DNA from: Utricularia gibba
Lineage: Eukaryota; Plantae; Magnoliophyta
Reading direction: 5' to 3'
Assembly (NCBI GenBank): GCA_002189035.1
Contig: NEEC01000008.1
Location: 992,001-1,056,000, forward strand
DNA: 64,000 nt
The stretch's first letter is position 1. Each line of letters starts with the position of its first letter. Below, piece after piece: positions 1 to 9,684 of this stretch. The notes below the pieces were generated by a model that had not been told where the DNA came from, made no database searches, and saw nothing but the letters and a program-made list of their open reading frames with translations. The position numbers and the translations under genes were made by a program.

Positions 1-1533
1 GTTCTGCAGGTATGCCATCTTTGTCAGGATAAAGAAGAAAAGCCAGCTTGTTCTGTTTGTGGAACTCTTAAGAACCTGTGGATCTGTTTGATCTGTGGTT
101 TTGTTGGTTGTGGAAGGTGACTCTCTCCCTCCCTTTCTTTCTCATCCGGTGGCTGCTGGTGCCTTGCTTGAGGCATTTTTTTGTTATTCTCTGTCTGATT
201 TAACACTTGCTTTATCTAGATATGAAAAAGGCCATGCTAGTGAACACTGGAGGTATAAGAAACATAATTTTTCTCTTGAACTGGAAAAACAAGAAATCTG
301 GGACTATGCTGGAGATAAATATGTTCATCGGCTGTATCATTCAAAATCTGGAGGAAAATTAGGCGTTACAAATTTAAGGTGCAGCTCGCACAAGGAGTGT
401 GCGGCATGTGCATGCAATGAAGAGGAAGGATTGGATAATGCTCTTTTTATCAGTAAAATTGAAGGGGTACCTATTTTAAAAAAATGTTTTGTTTCTGCAA
501 TACCTTTCCATAAAATTCGTCTAAAGTTCCTCTTTATTTTTTAGCTGATATTCGATATCTATCTTTCTTGTCTTTTGACTAGGATCAGCTGTAGCTTTAT
601 ATTTGATTCCTTTTGGGTTCAGAGTTGCTGATGTTGATAACAGTATTGTGAATACCTATTTTTACATGATCTGGTTTCCAGATTCTTGACGAATACAACC
701 GTCTCCTTACAAGTCAGCTGGATATACAAAGACAAGTAAGCGCAACTCCAATAGTGTTGATATTGTATGCTGACTTGGCGGGAAATAACCGGAAAAACAC
801 GTTCAAAACTAAGATTACAGTTGCTTTTTCAGTTGTAAAAAGCCTTGATAGCAATCCTTTTTGCAGCACTATCAAATGTTGCTTGCCGAAGCCAATAGTG
901 ATAAGGACATCTCAATAGAGAAAGCAGTTGAGAAAGCTGTATTCTCAAAAACACATGATCTTGCGTCCAAGTTAGAAGAACTCTCTGAAGAAAAGAACGC
1001 TGCTATGATTGTATGTAGCATTGTTTCACTTTCTGAATTTGCTCATTTTCAGTGTCACGTCCAACCATGTGCATTTGTAATATATTTTCTCTGTTGTGTT
1101 CCAGCGGAATGAAGATCTTATGAAGCAGCAAGAGTTGCTCCAAACTAAGTTCAAAGAAGCTGAAGAGAGGTGACTTTTTTCATAAAATTCATTCATTATG
1201 TTCTCTCAAAACTTCAGGCTTACTATCTATTTATGCATCAATAGGGAAAGGGTTCTTGAGAGTACGCGGGATGAAAAGATTTCAGATTTACGAGAGCAGG
1301 TACGTAACCACTGAAGCATATCTCAGTTTATCCTTGTGTTGAAAGGATGCTGAACACTCCTATACCTTGCATAGATAAGAGACATGAAGGTTTATATTGA
1401 AACCCAACAAATGCTGATTAGGGGATCAGAATCAGGTGAAATTAGAGGGGGGACTATTCTATCAGTTGGATCAACCATGCCTGGCTCTAGCAACCCAAAG
1501 AGACGAATAAACACTGGGCGTCACAGAAAATAA
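1..1533 (+). CDS. BRIZ: BRAP2-type RING / ZnF-UBP protein (BRIZ-like), 3' part, 5'-truncated by the window; exons approx. 220-466, 682-735, 866-1010, 1106-1170, 1244-1298, 1375-1533
   Basis: ZnF-UBP segment GHASEHW...EKQEIWDYAGDKYVHRL, then coiled-coil exons ILDEYNRLLTSQLDIQRQ and IRDMKVYIE; GT-AG sites join in frame; TAA at 1531-1533. BRIZ1 versus BRIZ2 not resolved. Confidence 0.88.
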
Positions 1534-1616
1534 GGTTTGAGATCATAGTTATGCGGTTCGATCTTTGCTTTCATCTCTAATAGTTTTGGCAGTATTTGTA
1601 TGTAAGCCACTTGTAC

Positions 1617-2330
1617 TCATGCAGTTGCACAAGAATCAGCTACGTCTTCTGACCCAGGGCCTGCTTCACTTTTGGGGGATGAATTAGAAATGTGTGCAGT
1701 TTTGTAGTACTGCACTTGATCCTGGATTTTCCAGAACGAGCTGAATGAATCATCAGACGTCATAACAGTTCATTTTTATGCAACTAACTCAAATTCACCA
1801 GTATGCAACATGTCAAAAACTTGGATCTCCCTCCTCCCCATGATCTTGTATACGTCTTCCAAGGCATTGATTCCAGTGGTGTCTATGTCCACCACACCTG
1901 AAGCATTGGAAGAGAAGTCAAGAAGGATACCGAGATGGAGTAGCTCATAATTGGAGAAGACTATACAACAACGCTTCATCCATGCCAATGGTACTTTTCG
2001 CCCTTGCAAAACCATGATACCTACATGCAATTTCTAGGATGACATACTGAATCCTCTCTGTTAATTGTTCTCCTTCATCGGCTAAATGCCTCTGTGAATT
2101 GGTATCAGGATCCTCCCTTATACTCTAACGATCCTCTCTGGTTGTGTAGGATCCCGCCCAATGCTCCTATACATACACATCAGGATCCTCTCTGATACCC
2201 TAGTGAATTGAGTTGGCTACCATCAAATCTTCCATATGTGACTCTTAACCGTTATATCATTGAGTCTGACCACAGCTGAAACGACGGCAGATGAAAAGGT
2301 TGCATTCGGGAAAGAGTGATCACTTCTGAG
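1617..2330 (-). pseudogene. Decayed 3' fragment of a sulfate transporter (SULTR, STAS domain)
   Basis: Spliced translation DEGEQLTERIQYVILEIA|CVVDIDTTGINALEDVYKIMGRREIQ|LVLENPG matches the SULTR STAS region. Introns 2024-1898 and 1820-1741 are GT-AG. The last exon is frameshifted (KLH and VADSC lie in other frames) and no transmembrane-domain exons were found upstream. The upstream boundary is approximate. Confidence 0.8.
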
Positions 2331-2644
2331 GTTAGGATATCAACAGCATGAATCCTCAAAGACAGTTCTATGGCTGATTTCTGTTATAAAAAAACAGGTA
2401 AGATTTCCAGGTACGTTTCTACTGAGAAGGATGACGTACATATTCCTGAGAATAAAGGGCTGGCTGCAAAGGTGAAAAAAGTGCCAGAAGACTTTCTATC
2501 CAAAAAGGAGCTCAAAATTCTTGCAGGAAGCAAAAGAGAAAAAAGTTGGACTCCAGAATCCTCCCATGGAGCCCCTCTTTATAAATGTGAGTTCATCCTC
2601 TTCCTGCACCTGCACAGGTCCATAGTTGGAACAAGTCCTCTGGA

Positions 2645-3028
2645 ATGGCTCGATACTACAACTCATACTACCATGAGTACCTTCAGTACCTGTCTCTGCC
2701 CGTCCACTTCGTCTTCCTCCTGGCCATAATCTTCCTCTTCCTCATCTTCACCTGGTACCTCAACTATGACTTCATGTTTGGGGACTTGATGGATCAGCTG
2801 AAGCTGAGCCTCATGGTGTTCCCGGTGGTCCTCCTCCTCACTGTCCACTGGCTGGCGGAGAGCCGGGAGAGGTTCCCCTTCGCCGTGTCGTTGCCGGAGA
2901 GGGACTCGCTCCACCGGATCGGAGCTTCGCCTTTTGGGGTTGCCATTTTGCTAGTCTTTCTCATGTTCATGATATCCCACCACAGCTCCTTTCATGAGCG
3001 ATGGTATCCCCTGTTCAGGAAACGGTGA
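2645..3028 (+). CDS. Intronless plant-specific small membrane protein (127 aa, At5g19875/At2g31940-like)
   Basis: MARYYNSYY..., three hydrophobic segments, family-like motif LHRIGASPFGVAILLVFLMFMISHHSSFHERWYP; TATA-like TTTATAAAT near 2578. Confidence 0.8.
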   Translation: MARYYNSYYHEYLQYLSLPVHFVFLLAIIFLFLIFTWYLNYDFMFGDLMDQLKLSLMVFPVVLLLTVHWLAESRERFPFAVSLPERDSLHRIGASPFGVAILLVFLMFMISHHSSFHERWYPLFRKR

Positions 3029-3245
3029 AGCACACACAACCACAACCCCCCTGTCTCTGCTGCTATACCTTCAACCGACCACTTACTGCATGTCTGAATC
3101 TGGCTTGATTAGTGAAACTCGTGAAGGGAAAGAGTTTCGGAATGTACCGTTGTAAGTGTTTTACAAACTATGGATATATATTGAAAAACACATTTGTTAA
3201 ATAGTTATTGTTCAACATTTTTGGAAGGAAGTGTAGGATAACTAA

Positions 3246-3511
3246 GGGCATATTTGATAGGATAGATTAGTATTCAAAAGTTTGAATTATTATTGTTTAT
3301 ATAAACTTTTGTTAATATTAATAGTAGTTGGTAGATTTTCTTAGTAACGTATTTGCTAAATTCAAATAAAGAATGAGTTTTTTAATTTCTTTATGGAAAT
3401 GTTTTGAAAATGTTCTTGAAATCATGAGAATTATTAAATCATATTTACCAAACATTCTAGTTTATTAACACCAAATAATTTAGACTCTTTTTTATTCTAT
3501 CAAACATGCCC
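3246..3511. mobile_element. Tourist-like (PIF/Harbinger) MITE, 266 bp
   Basis: TIRs GGGCATATTTGATAG (3246-3260) and CTATCAAACATGCCC (3497-3511), 14/15 complementary; TAA target-site duplication at 3243-3245 and 3512-3514; AT-rich interior. Confidence 0.85.
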
Positions 3512-4089
3512 TAATAGTATATAGGTTGCATCATTTATTTCATAATTTATACTTAATTTATAAGTAGAATTTATTAGATAAACATAATTCAAATAATTAA
3601 TTATAGTCTACATAGCTTATTATTTATCCATGAAGAAATAAATGTGTTTTGTTTTCGTTCAGATTTGTGTACTTGAGGTGAGATCATTTGTTGTATAAGT
3701 TGATGGTTTATTTTAATAAGTATGACAAAGATAATTTATAAAATAAGTTAAGTTTTAAATAAAAATGTAGGTAAATTTAAAAATAGTAAAAGTTTGATTA
3801 AAAATTACAAATAAATAATAATAATCGAATAGTCTATAATGAGTAATTTTAAATTCTATTTTAAAATATAAGTTAAAAAATAAATCATACATACTACATT
3901 CTAAAAGCGGTGTATTTAAGTAAAAGAATCGATTTTATATTATTATATATTTGTTTTATTTTTAAAATAATAGAATGTAAAATTGAAATTTCTTGTGTGT
4001 AAAATGAATGATATTATATACAAGTAAACTAAATCCTAATATTTGACATCAAAATTAGATCAAGACGTATGATGAATGATGGCACAAAT

Positions 4090-4700
4090 GTAATTAAAAA
4101 CCCTAAATTTTACGAGCATTCACTAATGTTTGGCTAAATGACATTATTGGTTACTATAAACAACGTTTTAATTTCCATTATTTCAAAATCATTCATAATT
4201 GTTTCCTACTATTTGAAAATTACACAAAACAATATTCACTCTTTATACAAATTGTACAATTAATACTCAATTAAAAACCCTATTTTTTCCTAATTAAATT
4301 CTACTCTTTTCGATCGACATCCGACCACTACCGATCATTGCCGACCGCCGTCCACCACCCACGCTTGGCACCTAACGTGGGAGGTGGGTAATGGTCAAGG
4401 GCGCTACTGTGCTACCGGCAGCGATCGACAGTCGATCGAAAAAAATAAAAATAAAAATTAATTTTATTAAATTATGAAACAATGAAGATTAAATATATTT
4501 AATTTGTAAATGTTGGGATCAATTATAATTGATATTTAAAATAATTGAAATAAAAAATTAGAGACTAATTATCCGGTATCTCAAAATGTGGTGACTAAAT
4601 AAATCTACATTTTACATCAAAATATGAAGATTAAATATTTCAATATAGACTAATTATGTCATTTTCATTAAAAGTAGTGATAAGGTATGCAATCAAGTAC
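4090..4700. mobile_element. Degenerate foldback / long-TIR element with a GC-rich hairpin core
   Basis: Perfect inverted pair TTTTCGATCGAC (4307-4318) / GTCGATCGAAAA (4431-4442). Outer arms AAATGACATTATTGGT (4136-4151) and ACTAATTATGTCATTT (4649-4664) match 13/16. Ends and TSD not resolved. Confidence 0.45.
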
Positions 4701-4885
4701 CCGTAATTAAATGGAATAAGAGTACAGGTTTTTATGAACCTTCTATTGATTACATATAATAAAAGAAACCTATTTAAATAGACTAGTATGAATATTTTTT
4801 GATTTCAGAACGAATAATATCATACAATATATTGAGTCATTGTGTGACTAAATACATAAAAGATTGGATTAGTGTGTAATTTAAG

Positions 4886-5172
4886 GTCGTTTGATAACAA
4901 AGTATTAATATATTTAAATATAGTATAATTGAGTATATATATATATATATATATATTCAGTTTTATATATAAAAATAAAAATTTAAGTATATAAGTAATA
5001 TATATAATTAATACTTTTTTCTATTTGTATATATCATTCATATACTAAAAAAATGAGTATACTAATAGTATAATAATAAGAAATTGATATATACATATAT
5101 AATATTTAATCAAACAATTATATATGTAAACTTAAGTATAAATGTTGTATATTATCTTATCAAATAAGTCGT
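4886..5172. mobile_element. Possible decayed Tourist-like MITE containing a (TA)n tract
   Basis: Left end TAA|GGTCGTTTGATAA, right end TTATCAAATAAG (only partly complementary); (TA)n at about 4934-4955. Confidence 0.35.
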
Positions 5173-5433
5173 TTGTGTGAGGGTGAGGCTGGTGAAAAAT
5201 GGAGGTGAGAGAACCCGTAAAGAAGAGAGTTGCCATTTGTGACTGACTAGGGCCTAAGGATGGAGCGGAAGTCTGGTATGTGATCGTGATCCCATTACGC
5301 TTTATCCCGTTTCGATTCTCACCGCTTCACCGTCACATCGTCCTTGATATCGACACCTCCAGCTCCAGGGGGCTGCCTCATGCAATTGCAGATTCCCCAA
5401 CTTGCGCTACTCTATCCCGATTAGGCGCCCTTA

Positions 5434-7407
5434 ATGTTGCTCGGAGGGGGGAAAATTTCCGCATGCAATGCTGCCGCAAACGCCGCCGTCAATGGGAATT
5501 CCCGTTTCTCCGGGCTGATTAGTCGCTGCCCGTCGAATTACTACGCCTGGGATCGGAGGACCCAGTTCTTTCCGATTCAGTCGGTACTCACTGGCGAGCA
5601 GATGACCAAGACCCAGAAGCTTACTTCGCAGCCGACCCTTGCTGACCGGCTTCGGCTCGGGAGTTTGGCTGAGGATGGACTGTCTTATACGGAGAAGTTC
5701 ATAGTGAGGTGCTATGAGGTTGGGATCAACAAGACTGCCACTGTTGAGACAATCGCTAATCTTTTGCAGGTGCGTGGTTAGAGAGCTGGATCTGAATTTA
5801 TTTGTGTATTGGTGGTTTCTGTATATGGTTTTCGTGGATTGCATAGCTTGTGTCTTCCTGTTTCTTCTTCTGCATGGTGGTGTTGTTTTCCAAACGGATG
5901 CTACTTATTTTGTGAATTGGGTACAAGGTCTTTCTTCTTTCTCTGTTCCTACTGCTCCTGATACGAGATGCTCCATATATCTGGATTTTTCCATTGTTAT
6001 ACGTGGGATTTTCACTCATCGTTGAGGCTAAAGTGGCCGTGGAATTGAAGTGTCTAATACATGGGACATCTGCGTTTCTGATTGGTGTGGACAGGAAGTT
6101 GGTTGCAACCATGCCCAAAGTGTTGGTTTCTCAACTGATGGATTCGCCACCACGCTCACTATGAGGAAGTTGAATCTCATATGGGTGACTGCTCGTCTTC
6201 ACATCGAAATCTATAGATACCCTGCCTGGTGATGTAGTTTGAAATGGCATCAATTGTTGCACACTTGAGTTGCTGAGTTTAACTGGGGATTTGAAAACAG
6301 GAGTGATGTGGTTGAGATTGAGACTTGGTGCCAAACTGAGGGAAAGATCGGCACTCGGCGAGACTGGATTATCAAGGACTATGCCACTGATGAAGTCATT
6401 GGGAGAGCAACAAGGTAAACCCGACACCATACCTGTATGTTGATCATCTGTCTTTCCCTAACTGACGAGGGGTGAAAATGGATACATGGATTCATATTTG
6501 ACTGCGTGGGTTTCCAGTGCTACCTTCAGTTCAACTGAAAATCATATTTGACTGTTTGGTGTCTTGCGGTTTTTCAACTGTAAATGCAGCTTCCCTTTTG
6601 TGTAATCTGCAACATTTTTTTTTTTTTTTTTGGCAGTAAGTGGGTGATGATGAACCAAAACACCAGGCGGCTCCACAAAGTTTCTGATGAAGTACGCAAT
6701 GAACTTCTGCTTTACTGCCCAAAAGAACTAAGGTGAATGACTTTCTCAAGTACCATGATGAACACAGTGTATCCATCATGATTCTCTATGGTTTCCAGAC
6801 TATCGTTTCCGGAAGAGAACAACAATAGCATCAAGAAAATTGCTAAACTGGCGGACCCTTCTGGGTTTTACAAGCCTGGACTCGTGGTACATGTACATAG
6901 TTTATCATTACACATTCATGTTTTTCTGATTCTGATGTTATAGCAATCGACTGCCTCAGCCTAGACGAGCCGATCTCGACATGAACCACCATGTAAACAA
7001 TGTCACCTACATTGGATGGGTTCTGGAGGTTGGTTCTCTTCTTGGTTAGACTCTGCTGCACACTCCCACTTTCTTCATTTATCTTCCATTGCCTTCACCT
7101 TGTTGATTGACAAACAACTGATCTGATGCAACAACAGAGCATGCCACAGGAGATGATAGACAGCCATGAACTGCAAACCATAACTTTGGACTACCGCCGT
7201 GAATGCCAGCACGATGATATCGTCGACTCCCTTACAACCCCGGAGTCGATCATCGACCACGCACCCGGCGAGCTCATCGGAACAAATGGTGCTCCCCGGG
7301 ACGACGAAAAGGGGTGCCTCAAGTTTCTGCATTTGCTGAGATTATCAGGTGATGGTTCTGAAATAAACAGGGGGCGCACAGAGTGGCGAAGGAAGCATCT
7401 GAAGTAA
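5434..7407 (+). CDS. FATA: Plastid acyl-ACP thioesterase A (7 exons)
   Basis: LADRLRLGSLAEDGLSYTEKFIVRCYEVGINKTATVETIANLLQ|EVGCNHAQSVGFSTDGFATT, catalytic-region DMNHHVNNVTYIGWVLE and LDYRRECQHDD; GT-AG junctions keep the frame. Confidence 0.97.
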
Positions 7408-7491
7408 AGTAGTTACGAGGTTAACTCTTTTTAACCGAGTGTTCGGCTTCAGCTCAATTTTAAAGCTTGCTTATTTACTGCTGTAATTTCA

Positions 7492-8168
7492 TGATATACA
7501 TCTTTTTGCATTTTTTGTTTGCAAAATACATCTTCTTGTATTAAGTTAGTAAAATACATCAGTTTACTAAATCGACTGCAATTGCTGTTGGCTCTGTCGC
7601 ATTTGGAATGAAGTCCGCCAAGTTCATCCTCATTCACCCGCCGGTCCATAAATCTGGCCCCACCATTGCCGCCTAGCACCACGCGGTGCTGAAGGTTATC
7701 ATCTTCTTCTTCGGCCTGGCTTTTTGTTTAAGCCAGACCTGCGGCGACGTCCGTCGTACGAGATGATTCGTCGCTTCCTGGATCTGTTGCCCATGCCCTT
7801 TTATACTATGCGTCGTAGAATTTTACCGCTGTCAGTAACCGTATGTCCGCTTCGGAAGTGAGGTACACCGCCGAAGTTCTCCGGCGACGCCCGCCGCCGT
7901 GCAATCTACTGGTTTTTGGGCTGACCCACGAAATGTTCCTCTTAAGTTCTCTCAACTTAGGGGCCATAGAGGCACCCGTCAATCGAAGTCTACGATGTGC
8001 ATTACTTGACGAAATTGAGCCAACTCCGAGATTTGATTCAGCATTACAAGGCGGAGATCAGCGGCGAGTGTCGACCGGTGCAGAATATTAATCTAAAATG
8101 ATGTATTTTCCTAACTCAATACAAAAGGATGTATTTTGCAAATCAAAAATACATAAAGATGTATTTCA
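7492..8168. mobile_element. Pack-MULE-like element: 75-bp inverted repeats around a captured gene fragment
   Basis: 7492-7566 aligns to the reverse complement of 8094-8168 with 10 mismatches in 75 nt by hand count; each arm has three (A/T)ATACATC sub-repeats. Candidate direct repeats: GTAATTTCAT (7483-7492 / 8179-8188) and TACTGCTGTAATTT (7476-7489 / 8217-8230). Confidence 0.75.
7608..8086 (+). pseudogene. Decayed N-terminal half of an IRX15/IRX15L-like DUF579 gene, inside the inverted repeats
   Basis: MKSAKFILIHPPVHK...; AHALLYYAS*NFT..RMSASEVRYTAEVLRRRPPPCNLLVFGLTHE; HPSIEVYDVHYLTK...ECRPVQN. Stops at 7674-7676 and 7816-7818, frameshifts, an internal deletion of the GRTVF region, and truncation at the right repeat. 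Confidence 0.88.
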
Positions 8169-8471
8169 CTAATTGTTCGTAATTTCATCGTGGTGGCCTT
8201 TCCGTACAATTCTATCTACTGCTGTAATTTTTGTTGTGTGGATTTCTTGTGCTACGAGATTAACGATTTGGTAATTATCTCGCCGACGGGTAAATGGTAA
8301 AAAAAAAAAAAAAAACTGTATGGGGGATATAAAAGCTGATGGTTTTTTATTTGAATGGTCTATTTAGGGCTATTTCTGTTTCTTTCTGGGAAGCCCAAAC
8401 TGAAGGCTGTGTGTGTCTGTGTGTAAGCACCGGTCGCCGTTGAAGGAAGATTTGATTTTAGGGACGCGAGG

Positions 8472-8786
8472 ATGACCGGAAAAGCTAAGCCAAAGAAGCA
8501 TACGGCGAAGGAAATCGCGGCGAAGGTGGATGCCGCCACCACCAATCGCGGGGGAGGTAAGGCTGGGCTCGCGGATCGTTCCGGTCAGGATAAGGGGGGA
8601 CACGCGAAGCTTGAGTGTCCGCTTTGCAAGGTAACGGCTCCTGATTTGAAATCTATGCAGATCCATCACGAGGCTCGTCATCCGAAGATCCCATTTGACG
8701 AGACTAAGCTGAATAATCTTCACGCCACTGCTGTACCCGAAACATCCAAGCCTAAACCTGGGATCCGTGGAAGCTTCAAGAAGTGA
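8472..8786 (+). CDS. MBS1: METHYLENE BLUE SENSITIVITY-like small C2H2 zinc-finger protein (104 aa)
   Basis: MTGKAKPKKHTAKEIAAKVDAATTNRGGGKAGLADR...ECPLCKVTAPDLKSMQIHHEARHP...KPKPGIRGSFKK. MBS1 versus MBS2 not resolved. Confidence 0.93.
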   Translation: MTGKAKPKKHTAKEIAAKVDAATTNRGGGKAGLADRSGQDKGGHAKLECPLCKVTAPDLKSMQIHHEARHPKIPFDETKLNNLHATAVPETSKPKPGIRGSFKK

Positions 8787-9684
8787 AATCAAAATTTCTG
8801 CTTGCTTGGGTCGTGTCCCTGGCATATTGATGAAAACCTTGAAAATCAAGTGTTGGTATCCTGTAAAATAGATCCTTTTGGTCATATTTCTGACTTTCCC
8901 TATATCTCTGAATCTGTAGCGTCTGGCCCTTGATTTGTGGCTTCCTGTGCTTTGTTAAGCCTGACCGACATGCTGCAATGCTTAATATATTCTGCCTCCC
9001 ATGCGGTGTTTCAATATCCTGAGGTCTCCCCAACTGCATCAGCACATGTCCTTAGAAAACTTTGTTTTATGACTTGGGAGCATGGGAATTTTTTCTGCGA
9101 ATCCATGCTGATGGATTCTTGACTTTATCTGCAGCTGAAGGAGTTCCTATGTGTTCGGAGGGAGAATCAAGAATTCCTTTTGTGTTATGTTGTGTGCTCC
9201 ATCTATCTCAGTTATTACGTAGGCACCCCTATCTTTGAGATCACTTTTGGTATTTATGTGCCCTACGTTGTTTCTAAAAACCGTGTCTGGTTGCTGCATG
9301 AAGCTGATTTAGATAGAACATGCAGCAGCTGCTGCTACATTTGTTGCCTAAATAAACCAGGGCTCTCTTTTTTGGAACATTGAACCTTCGCTTCATCTCT
9401 GTTCAAAGTTTACAGTCACAGTCTCCATTCCTTTGTTAGGTATTAGATTACTTGTTCATGTGATTTAAGTTCCCTCCCAAGGGGCACAGGCACATAATAA
9501 AGGGGAAGGGAGCAGTCCCAAAATGCAATCCTCTTGAATCTAGTAGAGTATTTATTTTTGATAGTGATCATCAGCAAATCCATAGAGTTGATAGCATCAT
9601 TTTTCAACCAAGTATCAAAAAGCAGCAACATCAATATATATCCATGGAACGAGAACAGCATTCAGACAGCATCAATGTATTCGT

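Noticed and set aside
2663-2914. Antisense ORF with acidic runs
   Set aside because: Shadow of the hydrophobic codons of the 2645-3028 gene.
7843-8091. 82-aa ORF as a stand-alone gene
   Set aside because: Part of the disrupted IRX15-like fragment; it shifts frame after SLNLG.
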